A stretch of DNA of 64,000 nucleotides, taken from Polyangia bacterium (GTDB taxonomy: Bacteria > Myxococcota_A > Polyangia > Fen-1088). The notes under the pieces are model-generated. The model saw nothing but the letters and a program-made list of their open reading frames with translations, did no database searches and was not told the origin of the DNA. The stretch is taken from contig DASZRT010000032.1 of the NCBI GenBank assembly GCA_035549075.1, positions 48,488 to 112,487 on the forward strand. Direction: 5' to 3'. The first letter of the stretch is position 1. Each line of letters opens with the position of its first letter. The position numbers and the translations under genes are program-made. Positions 1 to 8,735 of the stretch are shown one piece after another.

Positions 1-113
1 GACCGCGACACCGAGATCGCCGTGGACATCTTCTGCGAGTACCTCGGCGAGGCCTTCGACGTTCTCAAGACGCGTGCCGAAGCGGGAACGCCCGCAGGTC
101 AGCGCGTGCTCTG
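1..113 (+). CDS. 3' end of a CDS entering from upstream (partial)
   Basis: Frame 1 shows high GC3 for about 60 nt (DRDTEIAVDIFCEYLGEAFD...) and stops at 112-114. Coding signal then continues in frame 2 (see 74..376). No family recognised. Confidence 0.3.
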
Positions 114-376
114 AGGCCGAGTCGGTTCAGCAGGGAAACAAGCAGTGGTGGACCGAGCACACCATGTCCTACGACCGGCACAACGAGATCGCGGCGCCGC
201 GTTTGTCCGCCGAATGCTACGACGCGATTACTCGATCCTCGTGCGCGTCGGAGCTCATGGGGCAAGAGAGCGACGTCGTTCCTCTTCCGCGCCAGGTCCG
301 CAAGCTCGCCATCAAGCTGCTGCGCGAGCGGTATCAGAAGCGCGCGCAGACCCGTCGCGGAACTTCATCTTCCTGA
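74..376 (+). CDS. hypothetical protein (possibly the continuation of the upstream CDS after a frame change)
   Basis: 100-aa ORF with strongly GC3-biased codons. No recognisable motif. Confidence 0.4.
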   Translation: MPKRERPQVSACSEAESVQQGNKQWWTEHTMSYDRHNEIAAPRLSAECYDAITRSSCASELMGQESDVVPLPRQVRKLAIKLLRERYQKRAQTRRGTSSS

Positions 377-448
377 CGGCGAGTCACCCCAACGTCTGAG
401 AACGCTTCTTCAGAAGGCGCCGCGCATCTCGGCCCGGCGTGACGCGGA

Positions 449-2644
449 TTACGTCGTGGCCTTCTGATCGGGCCCGTTGCCGTAGGTGTACCCGTACCGG
501 TAGTAGTTCCGGTAGTAGTACTCATAGCCGTAGGCGGGATTGGAGAAGTCGATGGCGTTGACGACGACGCCGACCATGCGTGCCTTCGCCGACGTGAGCT
601 GACGTCGCGCATGGATCGCCGAGTCGCGCGTGGTCTCGCCCGCCTTGATGATGAGGACGACGCCGTCGACGAGGTTGCCGAGGACGGCGGGGTCGGTCAC
701 AGCCGATGTCGGCGGTGAGTCGAGGATGACACGATCATAGAGCTTCGCGCAGTCGGCGAGCACGAGCGCGAAGCGATCGGTGTGGAGGAGCTCCGACGGG
801 TTCGGCGGTACGGGGCCGCAAGGCAGGACGTCGAGGTTCGGGACGTCGGTGTGCTTGATGGCCTCGGTAAGCGGTGACTTGCCGACGATGACGGTCGAGA
901 TGCCCGTCTGGTTGGGCACGCCGAACGAGCGGTGGAGGCGCGGGCGGCGCATGTCGGTGTCGACGATGAGCACGCGGCCGCCGGCCTCGGCCATCGTGAC
1001 GCCGAGGTTGATGGCCGTCGTCGTCTTGCCCTCCTGCGGGCTCGGGCTCGTGATGACCATCGTGCGGATCGGGTGATCCGGCGACATGAAGAGGATGTTC
1101 GTGCGGATGGAGCGGCAGCACTCGGCGGCCACCGACTTCGGGTCGAGGAAGACGCCGAGGTCGCGCTCGCGTAGGTTGTCGTTGACCTGCTGCTGCTGGT
1201 CGCCCGCGGCGGCGGCGCCGATGACGGGCACGAGGCCGAGCACGGGCACGCCGAGGAACTGCTCGACGTCCTGCTGGGTCTTGAGCGTGTTGTCGAGCGC
1301 CTCGATCGCGAACGCGAGCGCGATGCCCGTCGCGAGGCCGAGCATGAGGCCGACCATGAGGTTCTGCACGGGCTTCGGCCGCACGGGCGCGCCCGGCACG
1401 ACGGCGCGCTCGAGCACGCGCACGTTGTTCGTGCGCATGGGACCGGTGATGTCGATCTCCTTCTGGCGCGTCGCGATGAGGCTGTACATCTTGTCGTTCT
1501 GGCTCGCGGCGCGCATGAGCGGCCGGTACTCGACCTCGATCTTCGAGAGATCGATCGCCTCGGTCTTCTGCTGCTCCATCATGGCGTGGAGCGATTTTTC
1601 GTTGTCGACGATCTCCTGATAGCTCTTCTCGAAGGTCGTGAGCGTCTCGTCGAGCTCCTTGCGGTACGCCTTGCGCATCTCCTCGATCTGGCCCTGGAGG
1701 CTCTTCATGCGCGGGTGCTCGGGCCCGTACTTCGACGAGAGGTCGGCGTAGTCCTTGGAGTACTGCAGGAAGTTCTCGCGCAGCTTCGAGATCGCCTCCT
1801 TGTCGCGGATCTCCGGGAGCGTCTCGCGTTCCTCGATGTTGTCGCGCGCGCTCACGATCATGCGGCGCTTGGCCTCGAGCTGGAGCCGCTGGATGCGCAG
1901 CTCGGTCAGCTTCGTGTTGACGACGGCGAGGTTGCTGCTGAGCATGCTCTGCTTGTCGTCGAGGCTTACGGCGAGCAGGTTGCGGTCCTTCTTGAACTGG
2001 TAGAGCTTGAGCTCCGAGTCCTCGAGCTGCTTCTTGAGGTCGGCCTCTTGCTCGGCGAGCCACGCCATGGCGGATCGCGCGCCCTCGAGCTTGTAGTCGA
2101 GGTTGTACTCGATGTACGTGTCGGCGATCGTGTTGGCGATGAGCGCCGCGCGCTGTGGCTTGCGGTCGGTGACCGTGATGGTCGCGATGCGCGAGTCCTT
2201 GAGCGGCTTCGCGGCGACCTGGGCCGAGAGCGCGCGGCCGAGCGCGACGAGATCGTGGTTCGGCCCCATGAGGCCCATGTAGTCCGGATCGTATTGAAGC
2301 CCGAGCTTCTCGGCCGTGCGCTGGCCGACGCCCGTCGACTGAATGATGCGGTACTGCGTCTCGTAGAACTCCTTGTTCGCCCAGAACGAGCCCGTGCCGA
2401 GCTCGACGACGTCCTTCGAGCCGGGGAGCACCTGCGGCGCCTGCGACTCGATGATGATTTGGCAGGTCGCCTCGTAGACCTTCGCCTGTCGGTACGTGTA
2501 GACGAACGCGATGACCGTCGCGATGATCATCGACAGCACGACGAACGGCCATCGCTTGCGGACGGTGCGCCAGTAGGAGCGCAGGTCGCGTTGCGGAGCG
2601 GCGGCTCCCGGGTCGTTCGCGGGCAGATCAGACGACGGTGTCAC
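449..2644 (-). CDS. polysaccharide co-polymerase / BY-family tyrosine kinase (Wzc-like)
   Basis: 731 aa. N-terminal TM segment, long coiled-coil periplasmic region, second TM, then a CpsD/CapB-type ATPase with Walker A (SPSPQEGKTTTAINLG...VDTDMRRP). The C-terminal tail is Tyr-rich (GYEYYYRNYYRYGYTYG). Confidence 0.9.
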   Translation of the reverse strand: MTPSSDLPANDPGAAAPQRDLRSYWRTVRKRWPFVVLSMIIATVIAFVYTYRQAKVYEATCQIIIESQAPQVLPGSKDVVELGTGSFWANKEFYETQYRIIQSTGVGQRTAEKLGLQYDPDYMGLMGPNHDLVALGRALSAQVAAKPLKDSRIATITVTDRKPQRAALIANTIADTYIEYNLDYKLEGARSAMAWLAEQEADLKKQLEDSELKLYQFKKDRNLLAVSLDDKQSMLSSNLAVVNTKLTELRIQRLQLEAKRRMIVSARDNIEERETLPEIRDKEAISKLRENFLQYSKDYADLSSKYGPEHPRMKSLQGQIEEMRKAYRKELDETLTTFEKSYQEIVDNEKSLHAMMEQQKTEAIDLSKIEVEYRPLMRAASQNDKMYSLIATRQKEIDITGPMRTNNVRVLERAVVPGAPVRPKPVQNLMVGLMLGLATGIALAFAIEALDNTLKTQQDVEQFLGVPVLGLVPVIGAAAAGDQQQQVNDNLRERDLGVFLDPKSVAAECCRSIRTNILFMSPDHPIRTMVITSPSPQEGKTTTAINLGVTMAEAGGRVLIVDTDMRRPRLHRSFGVPNQTGISTVIVGKSPLTEAIKHTDVPNLDVLPCGPVPPNPSELLHTDRFALVLADCAKLYDRVILDSPPTSAVTDPAVLGNLVDGVVLIIKAGETTRDSAIHARRQLTSAKARMVGVVVNAIDFSNPAYGYEYYYRNYYRYGYTYGNGPDQKATT

Positions 2645-2704
2645 CGGGTGAGCGTACAGCAGCCTACCAGGGGGCGCAAGACGAGGCGGGATCGGGACTT
2701 ACGT

Positions 2705-3745
2705 CTACTTCACCAGGTCGAGCCGGTCCCTCGGCGAGCGAGGTTGGACGCGGGTTTTCCACAGCTCGCGCGCGTTGCGGCGCGCCTGGACGGCGAGGTA
2801 GCGGGCGGCGTCGAGCCGCGTGTCGAAGTGCTCGAGCTTGCGGCGCAGCTGCTCGAGCCGCGCCACGTGAGCGATCGCCCCGTAGCCGTCGACGATGCGT
2901 CGGGCGCGCGGCGTCGGAGGCGCGGGCCGTTGCCCTCGCGCCCACGTCGGAAGGAACGCCGCCGCGAGCGCGAGCGCTGTCTCGAGCGGCCGCGCGACGC
3001 GCCACGCGCGCGCGATCTCGGCGGCGCGCGCCGTCGACGACGCGTCGGGGAGGAGGCGCGCGAGGTCGACGAGCGCGAGCGCCGGCACGTCGAAGTGATC
3101 GATCGCCATGTGCAGCGTGTGAAAGACGGCCGCATGCGTTTCGGAGAGGCGCGAGACCGGCGCGCCCGCAAGCTCGAGCGGCGCGCGCCGCGCCCACACG
3201 TCGCCGAGATCGATCGCGGCGCGCGCCCTGGGCGCGAGGCCGAGGTGCAGATCGAGCTCGACGCCGCCGCGGTTCCAGGCGACCTCGTGGTAGTCGGGCT
3301 CGTCGAAGCCCGGCGCCGCGGCGCGCGGCTCGTAGCCCATGCGATCGAGCGCCTCGAAGGCCGCGCGCCTGCGGTCGGCGGGCACGAGCAGATCGACGTC
3401 CGACGTCGGGCGCACGCCGCTCGCGCCGTAGAGGACGGCTTCGTACGCGACACCTTTGAGGACGATCGTGTCGACGCCGGCGGCGGCGAGGGCGCGGGCC
3501 GCGTCGGCGGCGGCGTCGCGGAACACGAGGTTGCGCGCGACGGTCTGCATGCGATCGGCGCGCGCCGCGGCGGCGAGCTTCGCCGGCAGCGCCGCGCCCG
3601 CGATCGACGAGAGCAGAGGCGTCAGCCGGTGGCGCCGCGCGACGGCGAGCGCGCGGGTCTCGTCGCCGAGCGCGCCGGCCGCCGCAGGGTCCTCGACGAG
3701 CGCGAGCAGCGCCCGCAGCGTCTCGCGCTCAGCGGGGGCGTCCAC
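2705..3745 (-). CDS. nucleotidyltransferase-fold protein (MNT-like, NTP_transf_5-like)
   Basis: 346 aa with G..x9..DVDLLV, typical of minimal nucleotidyltransferase folds. Overlaps the upstream GT2 by 17 nt and is co-oriented with the Wzc-like gene. Confidence 0.5.
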   Translation of the reverse strand: MDAPAERETLRALLALVEDPAAAGALGDETRALAVARRHRLTPLLSSIAGAALPAKLAAAARADRMQTVARNLVFRDAAADAARALAAAGVDTIVLKGVAYEAVLYGASGVRPTSDVDLLVPADRRRAAFEALDRMGYEPRAAAPGFDEPDYHEVAWNRGGVELDLHLGLAPRARAAIDLGDVWARRAPLELAGAPVSRLSETHAAVFHTLHMAIDHFDVPALALVDLARLLPDASSTARAAEIARAWRVARPLETALALAAAFLPTWARGQRPAPPTPRARRIVDGYGAIAHVARLEQLRRKLEHFDTRLDAARYLAVQARRNARELWKTRVQPRSPRDRLDLVK

Positions 3746-4493
3746 GGCGCACGCCGTACTTCACGATGCAGACCATGGCGCGCACGCCGTCCTTCCAGCC
3801 GATCTTCTTGCCCTCGGCATAGGTGCGCCCCTGGTAGCTGATGGGCACCTCGTAGATGCGCACGCGCATCTTGGCGACCTTGGCCGTCAGCTCGGGCTCG
3901 ACGCCGAAGCGGTCCTCCTCGATCGTGACCGACTGGATGATCTCGCGGCGGAAGGCCTTGTAGCAGGTCTCCATGTCGGTGATGTTGATGTCGTTGAGCA
4001 TGTTCGACGCGAGCGTGAGCGTGTGGTTGACCACGGCGTGCCAGAAGTACAGCGCGCGGCGCGGCGTCCCGATGAAGCGCGAGCCGAACGTCACGTCGGC
4101 GATGCCGTCGCGGATCGGCTGGATGAGCGGCACGAGGTCGCGTGGGTCGTACTCGAGGTCGGCGTCCTGGATGACGACGATGTCGCCCGTCGCGAGCGAG
4201 AAGCCCGTGCGCAGCGCCGCGCCTTTGCCCATGTTGTGGGGCTGCAGGTGCGCGCGCACTTCGTTGTGGCCGCGCATGGCCTCGGGGCGCGGCAACCAGC
4301 CGGCGAGGCCTCGCTCGCCGAGCGCGGCGACCAGCTCGCGGCTGCCGTCGGTCGAGCCGTCGTCGACGACGATGATCTCCTTGTCGAGGTCGACGGCCGC
4401 GACGCGCTGGATCGACTCGCGCAGCGTGGGTGCCTCGTTGTACACGGGCATGACGATCGAGAGCTTCACGGGCGCCGCCCGCCAGGAGACCAC
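3729..4493 (-). CDS. family 2 glycosyltransferase (polyprenol-phosphate sugar synthase-like)
   Basis: 254 aa. SIVMPVYNE...IIVVDDGSTDGS...IQDADLEYDP are GT2 DXD-type motifs. The size fits DPM1-like enzymes. Confidence 0.8.
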   Translation of the reverse strand: MVSWRAAPVKLSIVMPVYNEAPTLRESIQRVAAVDLDKEIIVVDDGSTDGSRELVAALGERGLAGWLPRPEAMRGHNEVRAHLQPHNMGKGAALRTGFSLATGDIVVIQDADLEYDPRDLVPLIQPIRDGIADVTFGSRFIGTPRRALYFWHAVVNHTLTLASNMLNDINITDMETCYKAFRREIIQSVTIEEDRFGVEPELTAKVAKMRVRIYEVPISYQGRTYAEGKKIGWKDGVRAMVCIVKYGVRRGRPR

Positions 4494-4526
4494 TCCGCGC
4501 AGCGCCCGTCAACGCGGAGCCGCGTT

Positions 4527-5651
4527 TTGAGCGACGACGTCGACGAGGCCTCGGGCGTCCCGAGCGCCGATCTGACGGCGTTGCACGCGCCGCTCGCCGG
4601 CGAGCTCGAGGCGGCCGCGCGGCGCGTGCTCGCGTCGGGGCGCTTCATCCTCGGCGCCGAGGTCGCGGCCTTCGAGCGCGAGCTCGCGGCGGCGCTCGGC
4701 GTCGCTCGCGCCGTGGGCATCTCGTCGGGCACGGACGCGCTGCTCGCGCTGCTCATGGCCCACGGCGTGGGGCCGGGCGACGAGGTCGTGACGACGCCGC
4801 TGTCGTTCTTCGCGACGGCGGGCGTGATCGCGCGCGTGGGCGCGCGCCCCGTGTTCGCCGACGTCGAGCCCGACACGCTCAACCTCGCTCCGGACCGTGC
4901 GATCGAGAAGCTCGGCCCGCGCGCGCGCGCGATCGTCGTCGTCCATTTGTTCGGGCGAGCCGCGCGCACGGCGCCGCTCGCGGCGGCCTGCACCTCGCGC
5001 GGGCTCGCGCTCATCGAAGACGCCGCGCAAGCGATCGGCGCGACGAGCGACGGGCGGCCCGTGGGCTCCGTCGGCGCCGCGGCGCTGTCGTTCTTCCCGT
5101 CGAAGAACCTCGGCGGCTTCGGCGACGGCGGCGCGGTCGTCACCGACGACGCCGCGCTCGCCGATCGCGTCGCGCTGCTGCGATCGCACGGGGCGACCGC
5201 GCGCATGCGCCACGAGCTCGTGGGCGGCAACTTCCGGCTCGACGAGCTGCAGGCGGCGCTCTTGCGCGTGAAGCTCCCGCATCTTTCACGCTGGACCGAG
5301 CGGCGTCGCGGGCACGCGCGTCGCTACCGCGCGGCGCTCGCGAACTTGCCCGGGCTCGCGCTGCCGCCCGACGACGATACCTGCGTGTGGAACCAGTTCG
5401 TCGTACGCGTGCGCGACGGGCGCCGCGACGAGCTCGCGCGTGCGCTCGCAAAGCGAAAGATCGCGACGGCGATCTACTACGCGACGCCGCTGCACCTGCA
5501 GCCGGCGCTCGCGTCGCTCGGCCACGGTGCGGGCGACTTCCCCGTCGCCGAGGCCGCGGCCGCCGAAGTTCTGGCGTTGCCCGTCGCTGCCGAGCTCGAC
5601 GACACGGCGATCGACCGCGTCGCCGACGCCGTCAGGCAATTCTTTCCTTAG
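4527..5651 (+). CDS. DegT/DnrJ/EryC1/StrS-family sugar aminotransferase (WbpE/PglE-like)
   Basis: ASGRFILG near the N-terminus, the SFFPSKNLGGFGDGG PLP-lysine motif, and ATPLHLQPA near the C-terminus. Start assigned to the TTG at 4527 (the in-frame ORF upstream is antisense to the GT2). Stop overlaps the convergent acetyltransferase stop by 4 nt. Confidence 0.8.
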   Translation: MSDDVDEASGVPSADLTALHAPLAGELEAAARRVLASGRFILGAEVAAFERELAAALGVARAVGISSGTDALLALLMAHGVGPGDEVVTTPLSFFATAGVIARVGARPVFADVEPDTLNLAPDRAIEKLGPRARAIVVVHLFGRAARTAPLAAACTSRGLALIEDAAQAIGATSDGRPVGSVGAAALSFFPSKNLGGFGDGGAVVTDDAALADRVALLRSHGATARMRHELVGGNFRLDELQAALLRVKLPHLSRWTERRRGHARRYRAALANLPGLALPPDDDTCVWNQFVVRVRDGRRDELARALAKRKIATAIYYATPLHLQPALASLGHGAGDFPVAEAAAAEVLALPVAAELDDTAIDRVADAVRQFFP

Positions 5652-6220
5652 GCGGGCGCGAGCCGCGACTTGATCACACGATACGCGGCGCCGCAAGCCG
5701 CGCAGAGCGTGCCGCCGCGCGCGCGCGGCTTGGGCAAGATCTCGCCGCACGCGCAGGCCCAGCCCGTCGCGCGCGCGGGCACGCCCGCGACGAGCGCGTA
5801 GGGCGCGACGTCGCGCGAGACGACGGCGCCCGCGGCGACGAACGCGTGCGCGCCGATCGAGACGCCGGCGACGATCGTCGCGTTGGCGCCGATGGTCGCG
5901 CCGCGGCCCACGCGCGTCGCGACGTAGGCGCCGCGCCGGCTCACCGTCGCGCGCGGCGTGCGCACGTTCGTGAACACGGCCGACGGCCCGACGAACACGT
6001 CGGCCTCGAGCGCGACGCCGTCGTAGATCGAGACGTTGTTCTGCACGCGGCAGCGATCGCCGACGACGGCCGCGGCGGCGACGAAGACGTTCTGCCCGAG
6101 CACGACGTCGGCGCCGACGCGCGCGCCGGACATCACGTGACAGAAGTGCCAGATCTTCGTCCCGTCGCCGATCGTCGCCGGCGCGTCGACGACGGCCGTC
6201 GCGTGCGCCCAGAACGTCAT
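5648..6220 (-). CDS. hexapeptide-repeat sugar N-acetyltransferase (WbpD/PglD-like)
   Basis: 190 aa of left-handed beta-helix repeats (GARVGADVVLGQNVFV..., IGANATIVAGVSIGAHAFVAAGAVV). ATGA start/stop overlap with the oxidoreductase upstream. Confidence 0.8.
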   Translation of the reverse strand: MTFWAHATAVVDAPATIGDGTKIWHFCHVMSGARVGADVVLGQNVFVAAAAVVGDRCRVQNNVSIYDGVALEADVFVGPSAVFTNVRTPRATVSRRGAYVATRVGRGATIGANATIVAGVSIGAHAFVAAGAVVSRDVAPYALVAGVPARATGWACACGEILPKPRARGGTLCAACGAAYRVIKSRLAPA

Positions 6221-7224
6221 CGAGCGACCGGCACCGGCGCGCCGCCCACGCGCATCGATCGTTCGCCCGCCTCGAGCACGCGCAGCACGTCGAGAGCGCG
6301 CGCGCCGTCGCCGGGCGGGGTCGCGCCGCGCGCGATCGCCTCGACGAAGCGCTCGCACTCGACGAGCAGCGGCTCGGCGTCGCCGACGGGGGGCACGTCG
6401 ATCTCGCCCACGTGCGCGACGAAACCAGCGGCCCCGGGCGCGCGCGCGAACGCGCGATCGAGCACGCGAAGCGGCCGCTCGTGATTTGTCTCGTCGAAGG
6501 TCAGCATGCGGCGATCGCCGACGACGACGAGCGAGCGTCGCTTGTCGGGCGCGAGCCACGACACGTGGACGTGCGCGACGCGCCCGTCGGCGAAGCTCAG
6601 CGTCGCGAACGCGACGTCGGGCGTGTCGGGCTGCAGATAAGCCGCGCCCGTGGCGCTCACCGTCACCGGCGTCGCGTCGAACAAGTGCAACGCGACGGCG
6701 ACGTCGTGCGGCGCCACCGACCACCACGCGCTCTCCGACGGGCGCACGGTGCCGAAGCCGACGCGCGTCGCCTGCAAATACAGCACGCGTCCCAGCGCGC
6801 CTTCGGCGAGGAGCGCGCGCGCCCGCTCGACGCCCGGGTGGTGCAGCAGCACGTGGCCCACCATGAGGACGCGGCGATCGCGCGCGGCCCGTGCGACGAG
6901 GGCCTCGCCCGCGACGACCGACAGCGCCATCGGCTTCTCGACGAGCACGTGCTTGCCGGCGTCGAGCGCCCGCAGCGCGACCTCGTGGTGGCGCGGCGAA
7001 TCGACGGCGACGGCGACGGCGTCGAGGCCGGGCGCCGCCAGCAGCCGGTCGAGCTCGGGCGTGAGGAGGATCCCGGCGTGGGCGGCGCCCGCGCGCGCCA
7101 GCCGCTCGCCGTCGAGGTCGGCGACGCCGACGAGCCGCGCGCCGCGCGCCCGCGCGAAGGCCCGCGCCAAGGTGAGCCCCCACGGGCCCGCGCCCACGAC
7201 GCCGACGTTGATCGTCAGCTGCAT
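6217..7224 (-). CDS. Gfo/Idh/MocA-family NAD-dependent sugar oxidoreductase (WbpB/GnnA-like)
   Basis: Rossmann motif INVGVVGAGPWG directly after Met MQLT, followed by EKPMA. Start chosen at the internal ATG at 7224; the longer ORF to 7410 has an Arg/Pro-rich N-terminus with no signal. Confidence 0.75.
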   Translation of the reverse strand: MQLTINVGVVGAGPWGLTLARAFARARGARLVGVADLDGERLARAGAAHAGILLTPELDRLLAAPGLDAVAVAVDSPRHHEVALRALDAGKHVLVEKPMALSVVAGEALVARAARDRRVLMVGHVLLHHPGVERARALLAEGALGRVLYLQATRVGFGTVRPSESAWWSVAPHDVAVALHLFDATPVTVSATGAAYLQPDTPDVAFATLSFADGRVAHVHVSWLAPDKRRSLVVVGDRRMLTFDETNHERPLRVLDRAFARAPGAAGFVAHVGEIDVPPVGDAEPLLVECERFVEAIARGATPPGDGARALDVLRVLEAGERSMRVGGAPVPVAR

Positions 7225-7297
7225 TTGGAAGCTGCACATCCTAGCAGTGACGCGGCCGTACAGAAACGCCGCGAGTCGGACGATACTTCGACCGCCC

Positions 7298-7861
7298 ATG
7301 CGCCGCGCTCTCTTCGTCTCCGCTCTCCTGGCCATTGGTTGTGGCTTCGCGGGCTGCGGCCACGCCGCGCCCGAGATGATCGCGGGCGGCGGCTCGCGCG
7401 AGCTGGTCATGGCCTACGACGACGCGCACGCGACGGGCACGCTCGCGTTCCCATCGACGACCTACGAGAGCGTCGTGCGCTTCGCGCTGCCCGAGGGGGA
7501 GCACCAGCCCCTGCGCCTGCGCCTGCAGGCCGAGGCCGCCGGGCAGCTCGAGATCACGATCTACGACACCACGATCCTCGAGACCCCCGGCGAAGCCATC
7601 CGGACGATGTCTCGCGCGCTCGCCAAGGAGGACCTCTCCGACGGCAAAGACGGCCGCTGGGTCGTGCAAGACCTCGCGTCGATGCACCCGCTCAAGGGCA
7701 TCGTCTGGGTCGGCGTGCGCAAGTCGGGCGGCGAGCCGACGATCTGGGCCAGCAGCGTCGTCTCGGGCCAGGCCTTCGTGCGCAACAACGACCCGACGAA
7801 CCTCATGGGCCTGCTGCCGACGAAGCGCACGCCCATGATTCGCCTCGAAGTCGCTCCTTGA
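7298..7861 (+). CDS. hypothetical lipoprotein
   Basis: Signal peptide with lipobox (MRRALFVSALLAIGCGFAGC). High GC3. Confidence 0.65.
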   Translation: MRRALFVSALLAIGCGFAGCGHAAPEMIAGGGSRELVMAYDDAHATGTLAFPSTTYESVVRFALPEGEHQPLRLRLQAEAAGQLEITIYDTTILETPGEAIRTMSRALAKEDLSDGKDGRWVVQDLASMHPLKGIVWVGVRKSGGEPTIWASSVVSGQAFVRNNDPTNLMGLLPTKRTPMIRLEVAP

Positions 7862-7867
7862 TCTGAC

Positions 7868-7933
7868 GGGGGCGTGGCTCGCTGCCGCTCGCACGCCCCC
7901 GGACCCCCCTCACTCCGCGCGGCAAAGCCGCGC
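7868..7933. terminator. two GC-rich hairpins between convergent genes
   Basis: gggggcgtg-N15-cacgccccc (9-bp perfect stem) and gcgcggc-aaa-gccgcgc (7-bp stem), between the lipoprotein stop (7861) and the thiD stop (7944). Neither has a U-tract. Confidence 0.35.
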
Positions 7934-7943
7934 TGCGCTCGCG

Positions 7944-8711
7944 TCACGGGAGATGGCGTTCGTGGCCCACGTTGATCGCTCTTCCGAGCGCGTCCACGAG
8001 CCAGGCCGTCGCGGCGTCGATCGCGTCCGTCAGAGAGGCGCCGCGCGCGAGCTCGACGGCGATGGCGGTCGCGAGCGCGCAGCCCGTGCCGCGGACGTCG
8101 CCGCCGCCGACACGCGCGTGCGCGAAGCGGTTCACCTCGGTGGACGTGGCGAGCACATCGATCGCCTCGCTGCCCGCGACGTGTCCGCCTTTGACGAGCG
8201 CCGCCGCGATGCCCGCCTGGACCAGCGCGGCCGCCGCCTTGGCCGCGTCGTCGACGGTGACCACGCGTCGGCCGGTGAGCGCCTCGGCCTCTGCCGCGTT
8301 GGGCGTCACGAGCGTCGCGCGTCGCAGCAGCCCCCGCAGCCCCGACGGCTCGCCGCGAAAGAGCGCGCCGCCCCGCGATGTCTTTAGAACCGGGTCGAAG
8401 ACGACCGCCCCTGTGTAACCCGAAAGCCCCGCCTCGATGGCCTCGGCGCAGGCGGCGTCGGGCACCATGCCGATCTTCACGGCGCTTGGCCCCGAGGCGA
8501 CCGCACGCGCGAGCGCGGCCCGCAGAGCGTTCGCTGCGCGCGGCTCGATCTCATGGATGCCGTCGCCCTGCTCGGTCCATGCCGTCCCGACGGCGATCGG
8601 TTGCGCGCCGCGCGCCCGAGCCGTGAGGACGTCACGCAGCAACCCGGCGCCCCCACCTGGGTCGAGGCCCCCCACGACGACGAGGCAGGACCCTATTTGC
8701 GGCGCTCGCAC
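7944..8711 (-). CDS. thiD: hydroxymethylpyrimidine/phosphomethylpyrimidine kinase
   Basis: VVGGLDPGGGAG anion-hole motif and the ribokinase-like fold pattern (GGDVRGTGCALATAIA). Confidence 0.85.
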   Translation of the reverse strand: MRAPQIGSCLVVVGGLDPGGGAGLLRDVLTARARGAQPIAVGTAWTEQGDGIHEIEPRAANALRAALARAVASGPSAVKIGMVPDAACAEAIEAGLSGYTGAVVFDPVLKTSRGGALFRGEPSGLRGLLRRATLVTPNAAEAEALTGRRVVTVDDAAKAAAALVQAGIAAALVKGGHVAGSEAIDVLATSTEVNRFAHARVGGGDVRGTGCALATAIAVELARGASLTDAIDAATAWLVDALGRAINVGHERHLP

Positions 8712-8735
8712 GGGGCGTTATCATAGATCGCTCTT

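Noticed and set aside
735-2552. 605-aa minus-strand ORF, Arg/His/Pro-rich
   Set aside because: Alternative frame of the Wzc-like gene with no start context. Composition is an artefact of GC-rich out-of-frame reading.
1586-3841. 751-aa plus-strand ORF
   Set aside because: It is antisense to the Wzc-like and nucleotidyltransferase genes. The translation is Arg/Ala/Leu-rich low-complexity typical of wrong-strand ORFs in high-GC DNA. The opposite strand has clear family motifs.
3456-4526. N-terminal extension of the DegT ORF (ORF starts at 3456)
   Set aside because: It is antisense to the GT2 gene at 3729..4493 and has no aminotransferase similarity. Real DegT homology begins near 4540, so the start is assigned at 4527.
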